This document shows, one piece after another, positions 12,811 to 24,574 of a stretch of 64,000 nt of DNA. Source of the stretch: Selaginella moellendorffii (Eukaryota > Plantae > Lycopodiophyta); the NCBI RefSeq assembly GCF_000143415.4, contig NW_003314272.1, positions 902,184 to 966,183 on the forward strand, written 5' to 3'. The notes beneath the pieces are model-generated. The model worked only from the letters and a program-made list of their open reading frames with translations, was not told the origin of the DNA and searched no databases. A program made the translations under genes and the position numbers. How positions within the stretch are numbered: the stretch's first letter is position 1; the number at the start of each line of letters is the position of its first letter.

Positions 12811-12856
12811 GCTTATAATGGCGTGTGCCCTCATGCCATTTACTTGATCACCAAAT

Positions 12857-13960
12857 AGTATTTCAATGGACTTCATTGTGGGCCTCCTTGCAGTGCGTGG
12901 CTTTGATGCTATTTTTGTTGTTGTGGACCGTTTTTCTAAGGTGGCACACTTTATTCCTACATCCTCAACTAGCTCAGCATAGTAGACAACTGAATCCTTT
13001 TGGTCTAAGGTAGTTCAACATCACGGTCTTCCATTAGACGTGGCGTCAAATCGCAATACCAAGTTTTTGAGTGCGTTTTGGATGGCAACTTTTTTGCCAC
13101 TTGGGAGTGAAGCTGAACTTCTCCACTGCGTATCACCCCCAGACTGATGGTCAGACCAAGCGAACCAATCAGACGCTGGAAGTCTTTCTCTGCAGCTACA
13201 CTAGGGACAAGCCGCATTCGTGGTTGCAGTGGCTGCCATTTGCAAAGTTTTCTTACAACACTGCTTTTCACTCATTTATCGATATGGCTCCATTCACAGC
13301 TCTTTATGGGAAAGAAATTCAGAAGTTTCCAATCCCAAGTGAAACTTCAGGAGAACAGGATGTCCTACGGCATATTCAAGAGATGGAAGCTTTTCAGATT
13401 CTACTCCATAAGCAATTGGATGCAGCCTGTCAATCTATGAAGGTGATAGCTGATTGTTCGAGATCATTCCGGTCATTCCAGAAGGGTGACTTTGTTTATG
13501 TCAAATTTCGTCCAGAGAGGCATACTTTGGGACATCAAGCTTCAGCTCATTCGAAGTTGCATCCAAAGTTCTTTGGACCATTTGAGGTGATAACTCAAGT
13601 CAATGAGGTTGCTTACAGGTTGCAGCATCCCAGCTCATCACGGCTACATGACATTTTCCATGTCTCTGAGCTGAAGCTTCACGTGGGACCATCACTGACT
13701 CCCAGCGGTTCTATTACTTTACCAGAGCCTCAGGTGGTATCAGGTGGCCACACACTCCTTCAGCCAGAGGCAGTAGTAGCAGTGGACTTTATTACTCTTC
13801 GCAAATGTTGTATTTCTTGCTTCTGAATTTGCTGGTTGAGAACTGATTCATCATTCGACACCTGGGTTGATTAGAAGTGGTTTCACCAGCTCTACACTCT
13901 CTTTCAGTGGGAACCACTTCTTCCTGCGATTGTTGAGGGACTAGCAAACAATTTTTCGGG
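12857..13960 (+). pseudogene. Integrase of the inner gypsy element
   Basis: [23 protein letters not shown]; FSTAYHPQTDGQTKRTNQTLE; GPF/GPY motif KFFGPFEV..VAYRL. Confidence 0.9.
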
Positions 13961-14729
13961 AGGGGTGTGATGTTAGGAAGCATTCTCATCTCTTCCATGG
14001 ATGGTTTTGGCCTGAATAGTTTAGGCTTGGTGAGCACGGTACGACAAAAATTCCTCATAAAAGGAGGGAGAACACGGTACAAAAGGTAGGTTATATTTTT
14101 GGGTTCTATTTTCTCCTCTCTCCTCTTTCGATTTCTCTCCTTTCCTCCTTTGTATTTCTCTTCCATGGAATATATTGGTGATTCCTGCCAGAAGATCTGG
14201 GTGGATCTCAACACCTCTAGTCGAACAAAAGGCTATGGATGAGGAATCCTTGCATGAGGAAGACTCCAGTGAAGAAACTTCCAAACATGAGTCTGGTGGC
14301 AAGGTTCAGTCGTTCAAGGCTTGATTGGACATTCTAGAAGGACAATTGGCTCAAACCAATGCCCTATTGGAGACTCTCGTATGCAAGTTAAAGCGTGATG
14401 AGAAGCGGAAGAAAAAGCAAAAGACTGCAGATGCTAGTAGCATAGAAGGTGTGGACCCTTTGGTGGGGACTGAGGCGGAACCGAACAAGGTTGAACAAAC
14501 CGAAGTAGAATCAGTCCCTCAAACAGTTCCCAATTACAAACCAAAGCCCCCATTGGTCTTCAAGGGAGTGAATGATTATAAGATGGTAGAGGATTGGTTT
14601 TATGATATAGAGCAGAACGATGAAGCAGGACACTTTTCAAGGGAATGTCTCTACTTAAAGAAGGCCAAAGCCAATATAGCCATCAAGTCGGGTGAAATCT
14701 AAAGTAAGGTACATGATCCAGTCCCTGGC

Positions 14730-17700
14730 TCAAAGTTACTCATTACACGAGCAACTTTGGTAAAAAGTTGTTTGCGACATTTATTAGCCCTTCAAAGGAA
14801 GCCCGAAGGTAGCTTTGTTAAGATCCTTATTAACATAGGTGCTTCAGATAATTTTGTGGCTGCAGACATAGTTTGGCAAGCCGAACTAACGGTGCTACGG
14901 CTGGGTGAACCAAGGACTATAGAGTTTGTTTAAGATAAGCACCAATGAGGTACTTTAACAAGCAAAAGTCGAAGTAGGGACATGGAAAGTAAATATGGAT
15001 TTCACTGTGTTGGATATAGCAGGATTTAAGGTAATCTTTGGGATGGATTGGTTCAATCAGTTCGTGGTAGCCCTACATGGATAAGGTAGCAATCTTGTGG
15101 TATTAGCGAATGCCTGAGGAGAATGATCCAAGGTGGAGGCCTAGGATCTAAAAATAGGGCAATGTAAGGCTAAAAACTCCTGCTTGAATGTGCCTTTAGT
15201 GATCTAGTGGGTGTTGGACCAATTCCAAGAAACCATGCCAGAGGAGCTATTTGCGAAGTTACCCCCTGAACGACCAATAGAACACAAGATCGAGGGTGCT
15301 AAGGCAGTGGTTCGTCCCCCCTATTGGTTGAACAAAAAGGAACTCATGGAGCTCAAATGCCAACTTGAGGAGTTGGTGGAAAAAGGGTATATTAGGTTGA
15401 GCAAATCATTGTATAGTGCACTGGTGTTATTTGTGAAAAAAAAAGATGGATCTATGCGCATGTACATAGACTATTAGTTGCTCAATAAGTATACAAAGAA
15501 GAACAAGTACCATTTACCAAGGATTGAGGACCTGTTCAATAGGTTAGGAAAGGCAAAATACTTTTCGATGATCGACCTAAGGTCAGAATATTACCAAATC
15601 AGGGTAGCAAAGGAAGATGTTGAGAAGACAACCTGTTGGACAAGGTATGGAAGCTTTGAGTTTCTAGTGATGCCCTTTGGGCTGTGCAATGCACTAGCAA
15701 CATTTTCGGCGCTAATGAACCACATTTTTGCACCCTATTTGGATCATTTCGTGGCCGTCTACATTGACAACATCTTGATCTATAGCAAGACACTAAAAGA
15801 GCATGCCGAACACTTGAAGAGGTGTTTGAGAAACTAAGGGAACATCAGCTGTGTGCTAAAGAGAGCAAATGTGACTTTGCTCAACAAGAGGTAAAGTCTC
15901 TCGAGCATGTGGTGGGCAAGGATGGGCTCAAGGTGGACTTTAAGAAGGTCCAAGAGATCTAGAAATGAGAACGACCATCAAATGTACATGAGTTAAAAGC
16001 ATTCTTGGGGCTATGCAACTACTACCGAAAGTTTATCAAACATTATTCGAGAGTTTAACAGACCAAACGGGAAAAAGGAAGATGGTATGGACAGCGGAAT
16101 ATGATACGGCATTTGTCCACCTCAAAAGGAAGTTGAGGAAGGCTCCCATGTTGGCGTTACTAGACTTTGGTAAGGACTTTAAGGTAGAAATGGATGCTTC
16201 AGATTTTGTGTTGGATGCAGTGTTGAAGCAAGACAACCTCGAAGAATTTGGATAAGGCTTAGCGAAAGTGGCCTACCCACGAGAAGGAATTGTTTGTGGT
16301 GGTCAAGGCACTCAAGGAGTGGCAACACTACCTTGGGAGACACTTCAAAGTTTACATGGATAATGTGGCAACAAAACACTTCTTGTCATAACCCGACTTG
16401 AGAGGAAAACAAGGTCAGTGGGCTAATGCTTTAGCCAAGTTTGATTGTGAGATCCTATATAAACCTGGGAAGAGCAACATTGTGGTGGATGCTCTAAGTT
16501 GAAAAGTGAGCTTGAAGTTGGCGATATCCGGCGCGACAGCAACTTTTTGGAATAATATGCAAACAGCATATGAGAACGATGGTCTAGCACAAGAAGTGTT
16601 ACTGGGGAACCAAGAGGCGCGGGAAGCTCACCAAAAAGGTGAGTTGCCAACAGAAGAGAAAATAGACTATGTGGAACACAATGGACTCATCTATTATAAA
16701 CAAACAAGGGTGTATGTTTCAGAAAGGGAACCAAAGAAGGTAGCCTTAGAAGAGTGTCATGACAGACCTCTTGCGGGACACAGTAGAGTATCTAAGATGA
16801 TGGGCTTACTCAAGAGGAAGTATCACTGGCCAAATATAGCTAAGGACGTCCAAAACTATATAAAGACATGTCAAACATGTTAGCAGGTCAAAACCATAAC
16901 TAAGGCTAGTGGGGGTTTGTTACAAAACATCCCAATTCTAGATCATTCGTAAAAATGTCTTACGATGGACTTCATCATAGAACTCCCCCCAAGTGAGGGG
17001 TTTGATATGATATTTGTGGTGGTGGACTAATTTTCGAAGATGGCACATTTCATACCCACCATAACGAAAGTGGATATGGAAGGTGTAGCGAAGCTGTTCT
17101 TAAAAAAAGTGGTTCGAATGCAGGAAAGGCTAGAGGAGATTATCTCAGATTGAGATAAAATCTTCACCAGTCGGTTTTGGAGAACTCTCCTGGAATAGTA
17201 TTGCACCAAGTTAAAATTCAGCACAGCCTATTACCCATAAACTGGTATTGGGTATTAAGTCAAGTTTGAGGCACTAACACTTCTTGATAGACAAACAAAG
17301 AGAAAAGTGAATAGGCAGCTAAAGGATTATTTGCAATGCTATATCTCTGGAGACCAGACTAATTGGGTAAGTCATTTGAGACTTGTGGAAATATGTTATA
17401 ACAACTCAACAAACTCAAGTATCGGGGTGAGTCCATAGGAAGTCATCAATGGGCGAGCAATTCAAGGTCCTATGAAATTCGGTGTGGTTGAGTATCATGG
17501 ACGAGTTACCTCGTAGTGGAGGCATTCATACGTGGAAAGACTCAACATTTGGAATCTAGTGAAGGATCCTTGGAACGGGCTCAACAAAGGCAAACCAAGT
17601 ATGCAAACCAGAAATGTCGAGATGTAGAGTTCCAACCTGGGGAGAAGGTGTGGCTGAACACCAAGAACCTAAGGCTACCAAATGGGATCAACGAAAAGCT

Positions 17701-18100
17701 GACCCAAAGTTAAAATGCATGCATTCCTGGAAATGAATTGATTTTGAGTTCCTTAAGTAGATTCATGGGGCCTTACGAGATTGAGGCACGAATTGGTAAA
17801 GTGGCTTACTGCCTCCGACTTCCTTGAGAGATGGGGAAGATGCACCCTGTGTTCCATGTGAACTTACTTAAGTCGTACTTTGACGATTCGCTTTGCAAGG
17901 ACTAAATAAGACCTTTACCTGAGGTTATCCAAGGGGAAGAGGAATACGAAGTCGAGGCCATTCTTAATGCGTGCAAGAGTAAGTGACAAGGATGCAAGGT
18001 GAGGGAGTTCCATGTGAAGTGGAAAGAATTTCCACATTGCGAAGCAACATGGGAACCAAAGGAGAACCTAGCGAATGCATAGGATCTAGTGGAAGCATTT
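14730..18100 (+). pseudogene. pol of the outer chromovirus (PR-RT-RH-INT-chromodomain), degenerate
   Basis: VKKKDGSMRMYIDY; [11 protein letters not shown]; [10 protein letters not shown]; EMDASDF; HxxPxAGH; MDFI; C-terminal EEYEVEAIL...FHVKWK..EATWEP chromodomain at ~17935-18075. Confidence 0.9.
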
Positions 18101-18877
18101 TTGCAAGGTAGAACTCTATTTACTTATGCAAAACTCAATTAAAGAATCTATTTTGAGAAATTGAGTAATGTCGTATGTTAGGACCCGAAGGTGTGCCGAA
18201 GGTAAACTAATTAGCATAGGTTCCCTAGGTTGACTAGGCATAGAGAACTACGCCTTACTCCCGCGAGGATGTCAAATCCATAAACATATTCTACAAAGGT
18301 TGGGTTTGAGTCCCAACCCTCTAGTAAAGCAAAGTTGGGTTCAAGTCTCAACCCTATACTAGGGCGTGGTGAGGGGAGGGGTATAGAGACACCTATATTC
18401 CGTTGGCATGGGCTCTTGGTCGAGGAGGCTAATTTAGGCACACCGCTAAGTGCCCCTAAAACATGGTCAACAAGTCGTAGGGGCTTAGACCTTCCCTTCG
18501 GGATGGAAGTGGGTGAGTAGAGGTACCCATACTAGGCCATTAGGCCACAATGTTTCCCCCTGGCGTCCTGAAGCAAGTGTTGCACCCAAGACTTGGGATT
18601 TGGAGGGTCCCATGATCAAGTTTTGTTGCGCCAAGGGATATTAGAAACCTGAAGGCTTGGTGTGCTTGGCTGCTTTTGTGCCTGCGGGAAATGTAGCCAA
18701 ACCTTAAGTCTAGTCTAATCCGAGGAGGAGGATTGAGAGAGATTTAGGTATCTGTGGATGGATGGCTAATACTCTATTGCTCGTGCAGTGAATAGCTGAA
18801 ATCAAGTAGGACCAAGTAGTAAGTGGTACAATAGGCGAGAACTTTAGCGAGGGAATTTAGCTAAGGCCAAGGTAATT

Positions 18878-19070
18878 GTAAGTAACCAAAGGGAACGACT
18901 CAAAAGACGATCTATGGGGTTTAATTATAGAGGGAAATGGCCTATGAATAAAAGTGCACCCCCTTTTCCAATTAGTTAAGAGTCTTGGGATCTTTGGGGT
19001 TAAATGTCCTTGGGTTTAAATAGTATTGGGTTGAGTGACCTCCCAGGAAGTCCAAATTCAAGAGTTTACA
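18878..19070 (+). repeat. Solo ~195-bp LTR of the TRIM family
   Basis: TGTAAGTAACCAAAG...GAGTTTACA, matching the 26504-26952 LTRs. Confidence 0.8.
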
Positions 19071-19133
19071 ATAGTGTTGATCAAATAAACCAAGTAAGTT
19101 CGCAAATTGGGAAAAAAAAATTTTGGAATTTAA

Positions 19134-19166
<33 letters not shown>

Positions 19167-19759
19167 ATGCCCTTCTCCCTCTTGAGGAACACACTCTTTT
19201 GGGCTTTCACCCTTAGCCACCCTTAGTACTAGGAAGTAGTCTTTAGGAAAAGTTTGAAATTTACTAAATATAGAATATTCTTAGATTGTGAATTTAAACA
19301 TGGGATGAACACCATTGTATTCAAGACACTCTCTACATTCCATAGATATGCCAAATGAGAAAATCTAGACACTTTACATAAATAACATTTAGGACAGGAA
19401 TAAAACTAACATAAAGGGTATAATAGCAGAGGTGTATAGCAAACATAGTAAGCTATCATTTAGTGAATATTGAGGGACCAACCTCAATATCACAAGGGTT
19501 CTTGATACTAACAAGTGCAAGCCAATGACAGAAGTTTCTCAAACCAGGCCGAATATGTTCAACAAGAAACACATTAGGTTCCTACCTTATGTTTATCTGA
19601 TTTAAGTGCATGGTCATTGACTAGTTTCTCAAGTAGTCTCAAGTGGGAAGTAATAACAGGTCTAGGAATATCGATCTCCTACCGTCGTGGTAGTGAATAA
19701 CTGAAAGGACTAACTGACAGATAACTTTCGATACCCGAAGTGTCATTCATGACATCATG

Positions 19760-20489
19760 GCAAGAACATGTGTTTTTTTAAAGGCTTAGGGATCAATCCC
19801 TCTAGGTGTAATAAGGTTGTTAGAAGGTTTAAATATCGCAAATGTGAGCTAACATCTATGTGTTGAGCATGTTGTGATGCAAGGATGTACTACTTTCTTC
19901 CACGTGATGGTTATTTAAGCAAAGTAGCAGTGCATGTTAAACACCACTAATATGAGATAGAGGAAGGAATCCATCATGATTCTTTTCGCAATTTAAAGGT
20001 TGCTAATGCTATAAAGGCTGAAAGAAAAGTGTGTTTAATAATCTATACTATAGAACTATAGGGTGGAAATGTTGTTACAATCTGATAGCAAAAAAGAGTT
20101 TATGGAGAACAATTTGAAGGACCTACTTCAAAATATAGAACCCGTGATAAATTTAACTAGGTATAAGATTAATAATTAACTCTATTTATTACTAATAACA
20201 CTCTTTTATTTTGTAAAATAAAGAACTGGATGCGAGAAGGGCAAAATGGAAAACTTCAATCTAGATTAGATGCAATTTTGGAGCTAAAGAGAAAATGGCT
20301 TTATGAGTTTATTCATGGGAGCTTATTCATTAGCCAAGTGACTTTGAATAGTCAACGCCCTTTCATCTTTAAGATGTCAACCCCTTGTCTTGCTTTTGGT
20401 GTGGACCTTGTACAATAAATGGATATAGATGGAGATAGGGACTTTGTTAATTCCTGGATTCATTTTGACCACATGGAACGAGTTTTTGG
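19760..20489 (+). pseudogene. MULE copy C transposase, continuation
   Basis: MYYFLPRDG..VAVHV; REGQNGKLQSRLDAILELKR..YEFIHGSLF; NSWIHFDHMERV. Cut by a TRIM at 20490. Confidence 0.85.
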
Positions 20490-21060
20490 TGTAAGCTCTT
20501 GAATTTTGACATCCCAGAAGGTCACATAGCCCAATACTATTTAAACTTAAGTACGCTTAACCCTATATATCAAAACCCTTAACTAATTAAAAAAGGGGGT
20601 GCACTTTTATTCATGGGCTCTTTCCCATTATATTTGAACCCTATGTATCATCTCTCGAGTTGTTCTTTTTGGTTGCTTACAATCCACCACTCTTCCTTGC
20701 AAGTTTACACCCTCATGAATGAAAGTTGAGAGCTCTAGCTCTCTTAAAAGCCCTACTTTTTTAAGACCCTACCCCTCAAGTCGAGTCCAACTAGAACAAA
20801 CTAGACATGTTAAATATCAATCAATATATGGTGCAATTCCTTAGTCAATCAATAGAGTTAGACTTGAGACCGCTCTAATACTCATGAATTTGAACTTTCC
20901 AGAAGGTCATTCAACTTAATATTATTCAAACTCAAGGATACTTAACCCTAAGTATCCTAAGACTCTTAACCGATTAAAAAAAGGGGTGCACTGGGCCTTT
21001 TCCTTTTATATTTGAACCCTATAGATCATCTCTTGAATCATTCTCTTTGGTTACTTATAA
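20490..21060 (-). mobile_element. TRIM (two ~190-bp LTRs with a short internal region)
   Basis: Direct repeats at ~20490-20681 and ~20880-21060 are reverse complements of the 26504-26952 LTRs. Confidence 0.75.
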
Positions 21061-21829
21061 CTTTAAAGTTGTGAGACACAAATCCCTAAGCCCTAAGTGG
21101 AGCCAAAAGGGTGCCACATGGTAGTGGTTAAACTAAAAGCCAAACAAGAATAACACATTTAGATTAAAAGTTTCAACTCAAAAATTTGAGAGTAGGAGTG
21201 GAACTCCTAACAAAGTGTTCGAGGAACGAGCACAAAATAATCAATAAGCGAACCTCTAGAAAAGGGACACAAGAGGACTAACACATAATATGTGGAAAGG
21301 TTGAGAGTGAGTCCAAGATGGACCTAAGATAGACCTACGATGGAGTCTGAAAAGAAGTTTGAGAAGGAATTCAAGATGGAGTCTGAGTTAGAGTTAGAGG
21401 TGGATTTGAGATTTCCATCTTAAACTCCATCTAAGATTCTATCTTAGATCCATCTCAAACTCCTTGGACTCAATCCTAGCACTTTCATATATCATAACAC
21501 TTGCTATGTGTTAGTCCTTTTTATGTCCCTTTCTAGGGACGCATTCATCAACTTTTTGAGTTGGAGCTTTTGGTCTAAATGTGTTACACTTGTTAAACTC
21601 TCGCTTTGAACACTGTTATATACTATATTTTTCGGCTCCAATTTAGGGCTTAGGGATTTGTGTCTTGTAGAGAAGGAACAAGAGTATGGACTTTTGAGCA
21701 TACAACCCAAGGAGCGGAGAGATAGGAACATGGAGTGACTTTTGAGTGTACAACCCAAGGATTGACAAGGAAATGCCTAATAGAGTTAGCCACTATTGCT
21801 ACTTTAGATGTCACCCAGTTTACAAAAGA

Positions 21830-24342
21830 CATAGTTACAAACATAGCTAGGATCCCAACTATATTCACCGTGTTTCATGAACATGGCCATGAGTCGTGTT
21901 CCCACAGCCATGTTCATGAACAGTATATACTGTTACAAACATGGGCCATGATCCCTGCCGTGTTGCCAGGATCATAGCCCGTGTTCATAACACCAACTNN
22001 NNNNNNNNNNNNNNNNNNNNNNNNNNNNNNNNNNNNNNNNNNNNNNNNNNNNNNNNNNNNNNNNNNNNNNNNNNNNNNNNNNNNNNNNNNNNNNNNNNTC
22101 CTCCAAGCTCTTGATCTTGCTCACCACCACTGCCGATTCTAGCAACGCCACAGCCGCCTCCGCTGCTCCATTTGCTGCGGATTGGAGAGGTGCTTCATTT
22201 GCCCTGCTGCTGCCAAGGATGGTGCAGCAATCCAGCATCCTTCTTTGTAGCGGTGGGACGAGGTAAATGTGCTTGAGAGTAGGGGGCATGGCCACAAATT
22301 GTGGTCATGCAAATATTGCATAATGGGGAACAAGCTCAGTGGTGTTGATTGTGTACAAGCTCATCTATTAGGATAAAGCCCATGCAGCAGGGATATTGTG
22401 AGTTGCCCCCTTATCCCAAGTAACAAAAAGGTAGAGCTAGTTAACATGCAAAAGGTTATTGACTCTAAGAAAGGCATAAGGGGGAAGAAATGGCCAAATG
22501 TAGAACTTTCAGTGCCAATAGTATCATCTCAGGCAAGTGGAAGTGGCTGCCTTTCCTTGTTGTTTATAAGAAGAGCCAAGTCTATATTGTAGATTCGATG
22601 GATCCAAAGTAGAAAAGTCGAGTTGATGTAGCAATTGGAAGGTTTTTCTAGAATGAACACATTCCATTTATGAAGGTTTGGTCCCTTTACTTCCTCAACA
22701 TGATTTTGGAAGTTGTTAGACATGGTGTGCCTTATACACCACCAAAATATGATGATCTTTGGGAGAAGCTTTTGTTGAAAGAGAAAGGATTCATTGATGT
22801 TGAGATGGCATCCATAAGTAGTGGGAGCAAAGGGTGTAACTATATGTGCAAATAGAAGGAATCAGCATATTATGGGGCTTGTGGCATATAATCAAGGATG
22901 GGTAGCTTTTCTGAAGGCTATTAATATTTTTCCAATAGGAAAAACAATTGAGAATACTTTGCATTGTTGGGAAGAGGGCATTAGTATTGTGGGTGTAGAG
23001 AATGTTGTTACGGTTGTAATGGATAGGGAAAATATGAATANNNNNNNNNNNNNNNNNNNNNNNNNNNNNNNNNNNNNNNNNNNNNNNNNNNNNNNNNNNN
23101 NNNNNNNNNNNNNNNNNNNNNNNNNNNNNNNNNNNNNNNNACTTTGGTGATCTTCCATGGATAGTAATGCCCCTAGAGCAAAGAAAGGCTTTAGTGAGCT
23201 TTATCAAGAACCACTCTCATATAGTGGAGCTGTTGGCAAAGTTTACTCATAAGTGAATGCTATGCTATTGTGATACTAGGTTTTGCTACAACTTCATTAT
23301 GATGGAGAGGCTGATGGAGCTTTAGAAAGCTTTACAACAGATATTCGTATGCCTTACATACAGAGCAAAGCCTAAGTTGAAGACAAGAGCAAGTAGAGAC
23401 AGTTATGAAACCGTTTTTGATGACCATTTTTGGGAATAGGTTAAGGACATGTTAGAGGTGTCTGAGGATGTTATGCTACTACTTTGTCTTGTGGACAGTG
23501 ATATACCTATGATTGGAAAAATATATGAATGTATGAACAAGTTGGATGCAAGTTTAGATGAAGGACAGTCAGATTATAGCAGGTACATGGAATTTCATTA
23601 GATCATGTCTAACCGGTGGCATGAGTATCACTCGCTCATGCACTTGGTGGCATATATGCTAGACCCCGAGTTTCAAGAGCATGAAAAGCATGCCAACAAA
23701 GAAGTAATGAAGGATTGGAATGCTTATCTGTTGGCCATATTTACATCTAGTGAGAGGGATGTGGTATGGGATGAGCTTTTAATTTACAGAGGATATGAGG
23801 CATTTTCAACTAGATTTATGCTAAGGCTGATCACACTAATAAGGGAGTTGTACATTGGTGGGAGGACTATGATTATGAAATTTTAGCTTTTCAGTAGTTG
23901 GCCATTCAAGTTCTAAGTCAGGCATGCTCGTTATCCTCAATGGAGAGATTGTTTAACACTTTCAAGCATGTATCTTCAAAGAACAGGAACAGCTTATTAT
24001 TGATAGGACAGTAGGTCTAGTTTTTATGGCTTGCAATAATAGGTTGTTAACCTGCAAAAATGACCATGACTACAACAGGTTTGTGAGTTATAAAGTACTA
24101 GAGACAGTTCCTCATCTGGAAGATAAACTTGAGTTAGGAGAGGAAGAGGAAGATGGAGATGATATAAAAAATTGTGAGGTTGAAGATAATGATGATTTGA
24201 AGAATGTTTGAGTAGTTTATATATAATAAAAAGTAACATATTCCTAGAATTTTAAAAAGAATATTTGTAAGCCATTTTGAGCCGTGATGTTCTGTGGTTG
24301 CCTTCCTAAAATCCAAGGCTTATGTTTGTGTTCGTAACTATG
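21830..24342 (+). mobile_element. hAT DNA transposon, degenerate
   Basis: TIRs CATAGTTACAAACA (21830) and TGTTCGTAACTATG (ending 24342); 8-bp TSD acaaaaga/aaaaaaga; BED finger WSCKYC..AHL; H..AYMLDP; dimerisation-domain remnant LAIQVLSQACS.SSMERLF. Confidence 0.85.
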
Positions 24343-24574
24343 AAAAAAGATGATATGCCCCTACTTATAGCTAACTGACTTTAGCACTTTGTGTGCATAG
24401 TGAAATCTCTAATAATGGGGTAGCTACTATTGCCTGGTTACATAACCCACCTCTTTCTCAATATTCTTTATTCCATTGAAAGGGTGTGACTGTGTAAACA
24501 ACTTTAACTACCTATTTATAATAGTCTATTTAAACCTTACCAACAGGTTTAGTTTGTTTGCTCATGAGAGTTGA

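Larger units (their letters stand above)
6907..12838. repeat. Dispersed ~20-bp palindrome, consensus TGGCATGAGGCCTCATGCCA (~10 copies)
   Basis: Copies at about 6907, 7206, 8743, 8841 (perfect), 8911, 10571, 11913, 12059, 12219, 12412 and 12819. Confidence 0.85.
4704..14213 (+). mobile_element. Inner Ty3/gypsy element with 243-bp LTRs, lacking RT-RNaseH
   Basis: LTRs at 4704-4946 (TATTAG..CAACA) and 13971-14213 (TGTTAG..CAACA); PBS-like TGGTATTGGAGC at 4948; PPT GGGAGGGGTG before 13971; eroded TSD cttcc/cctct. Confidence 0.9.
4120..18877 (+). mobile_element. Outer Ty3/gypsy chromovirus (degenerate), interrupted at 4704-14213
   Basis: Similar LTR segments at 4120-4558 and ~18485-18877; PBS TTGGTATCGGAGC at 4561; gag/pol remnants at 14214-18100. 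Outer LTR limits are approximate. Confidence 0.75.
1048..19754. mobile_element. 18.7-kb nested retroelement block inserted into the copy C transposase
   Basis: 5-bp TSD TCATG at 1043-1047 and 19755-19759. The block starts TA (eroded TG) and ends CA. The transposase resumes in register at 19760 (GKNMCFFKG..INP). Confidence 0.75.

Noticed and set aside
19135-19167. Poly-C run read as a poly-Pro/Gly ORF or G-quadruplex element
   Set aside because: Simple homopolymer within LTR debris; its length is unreliable.
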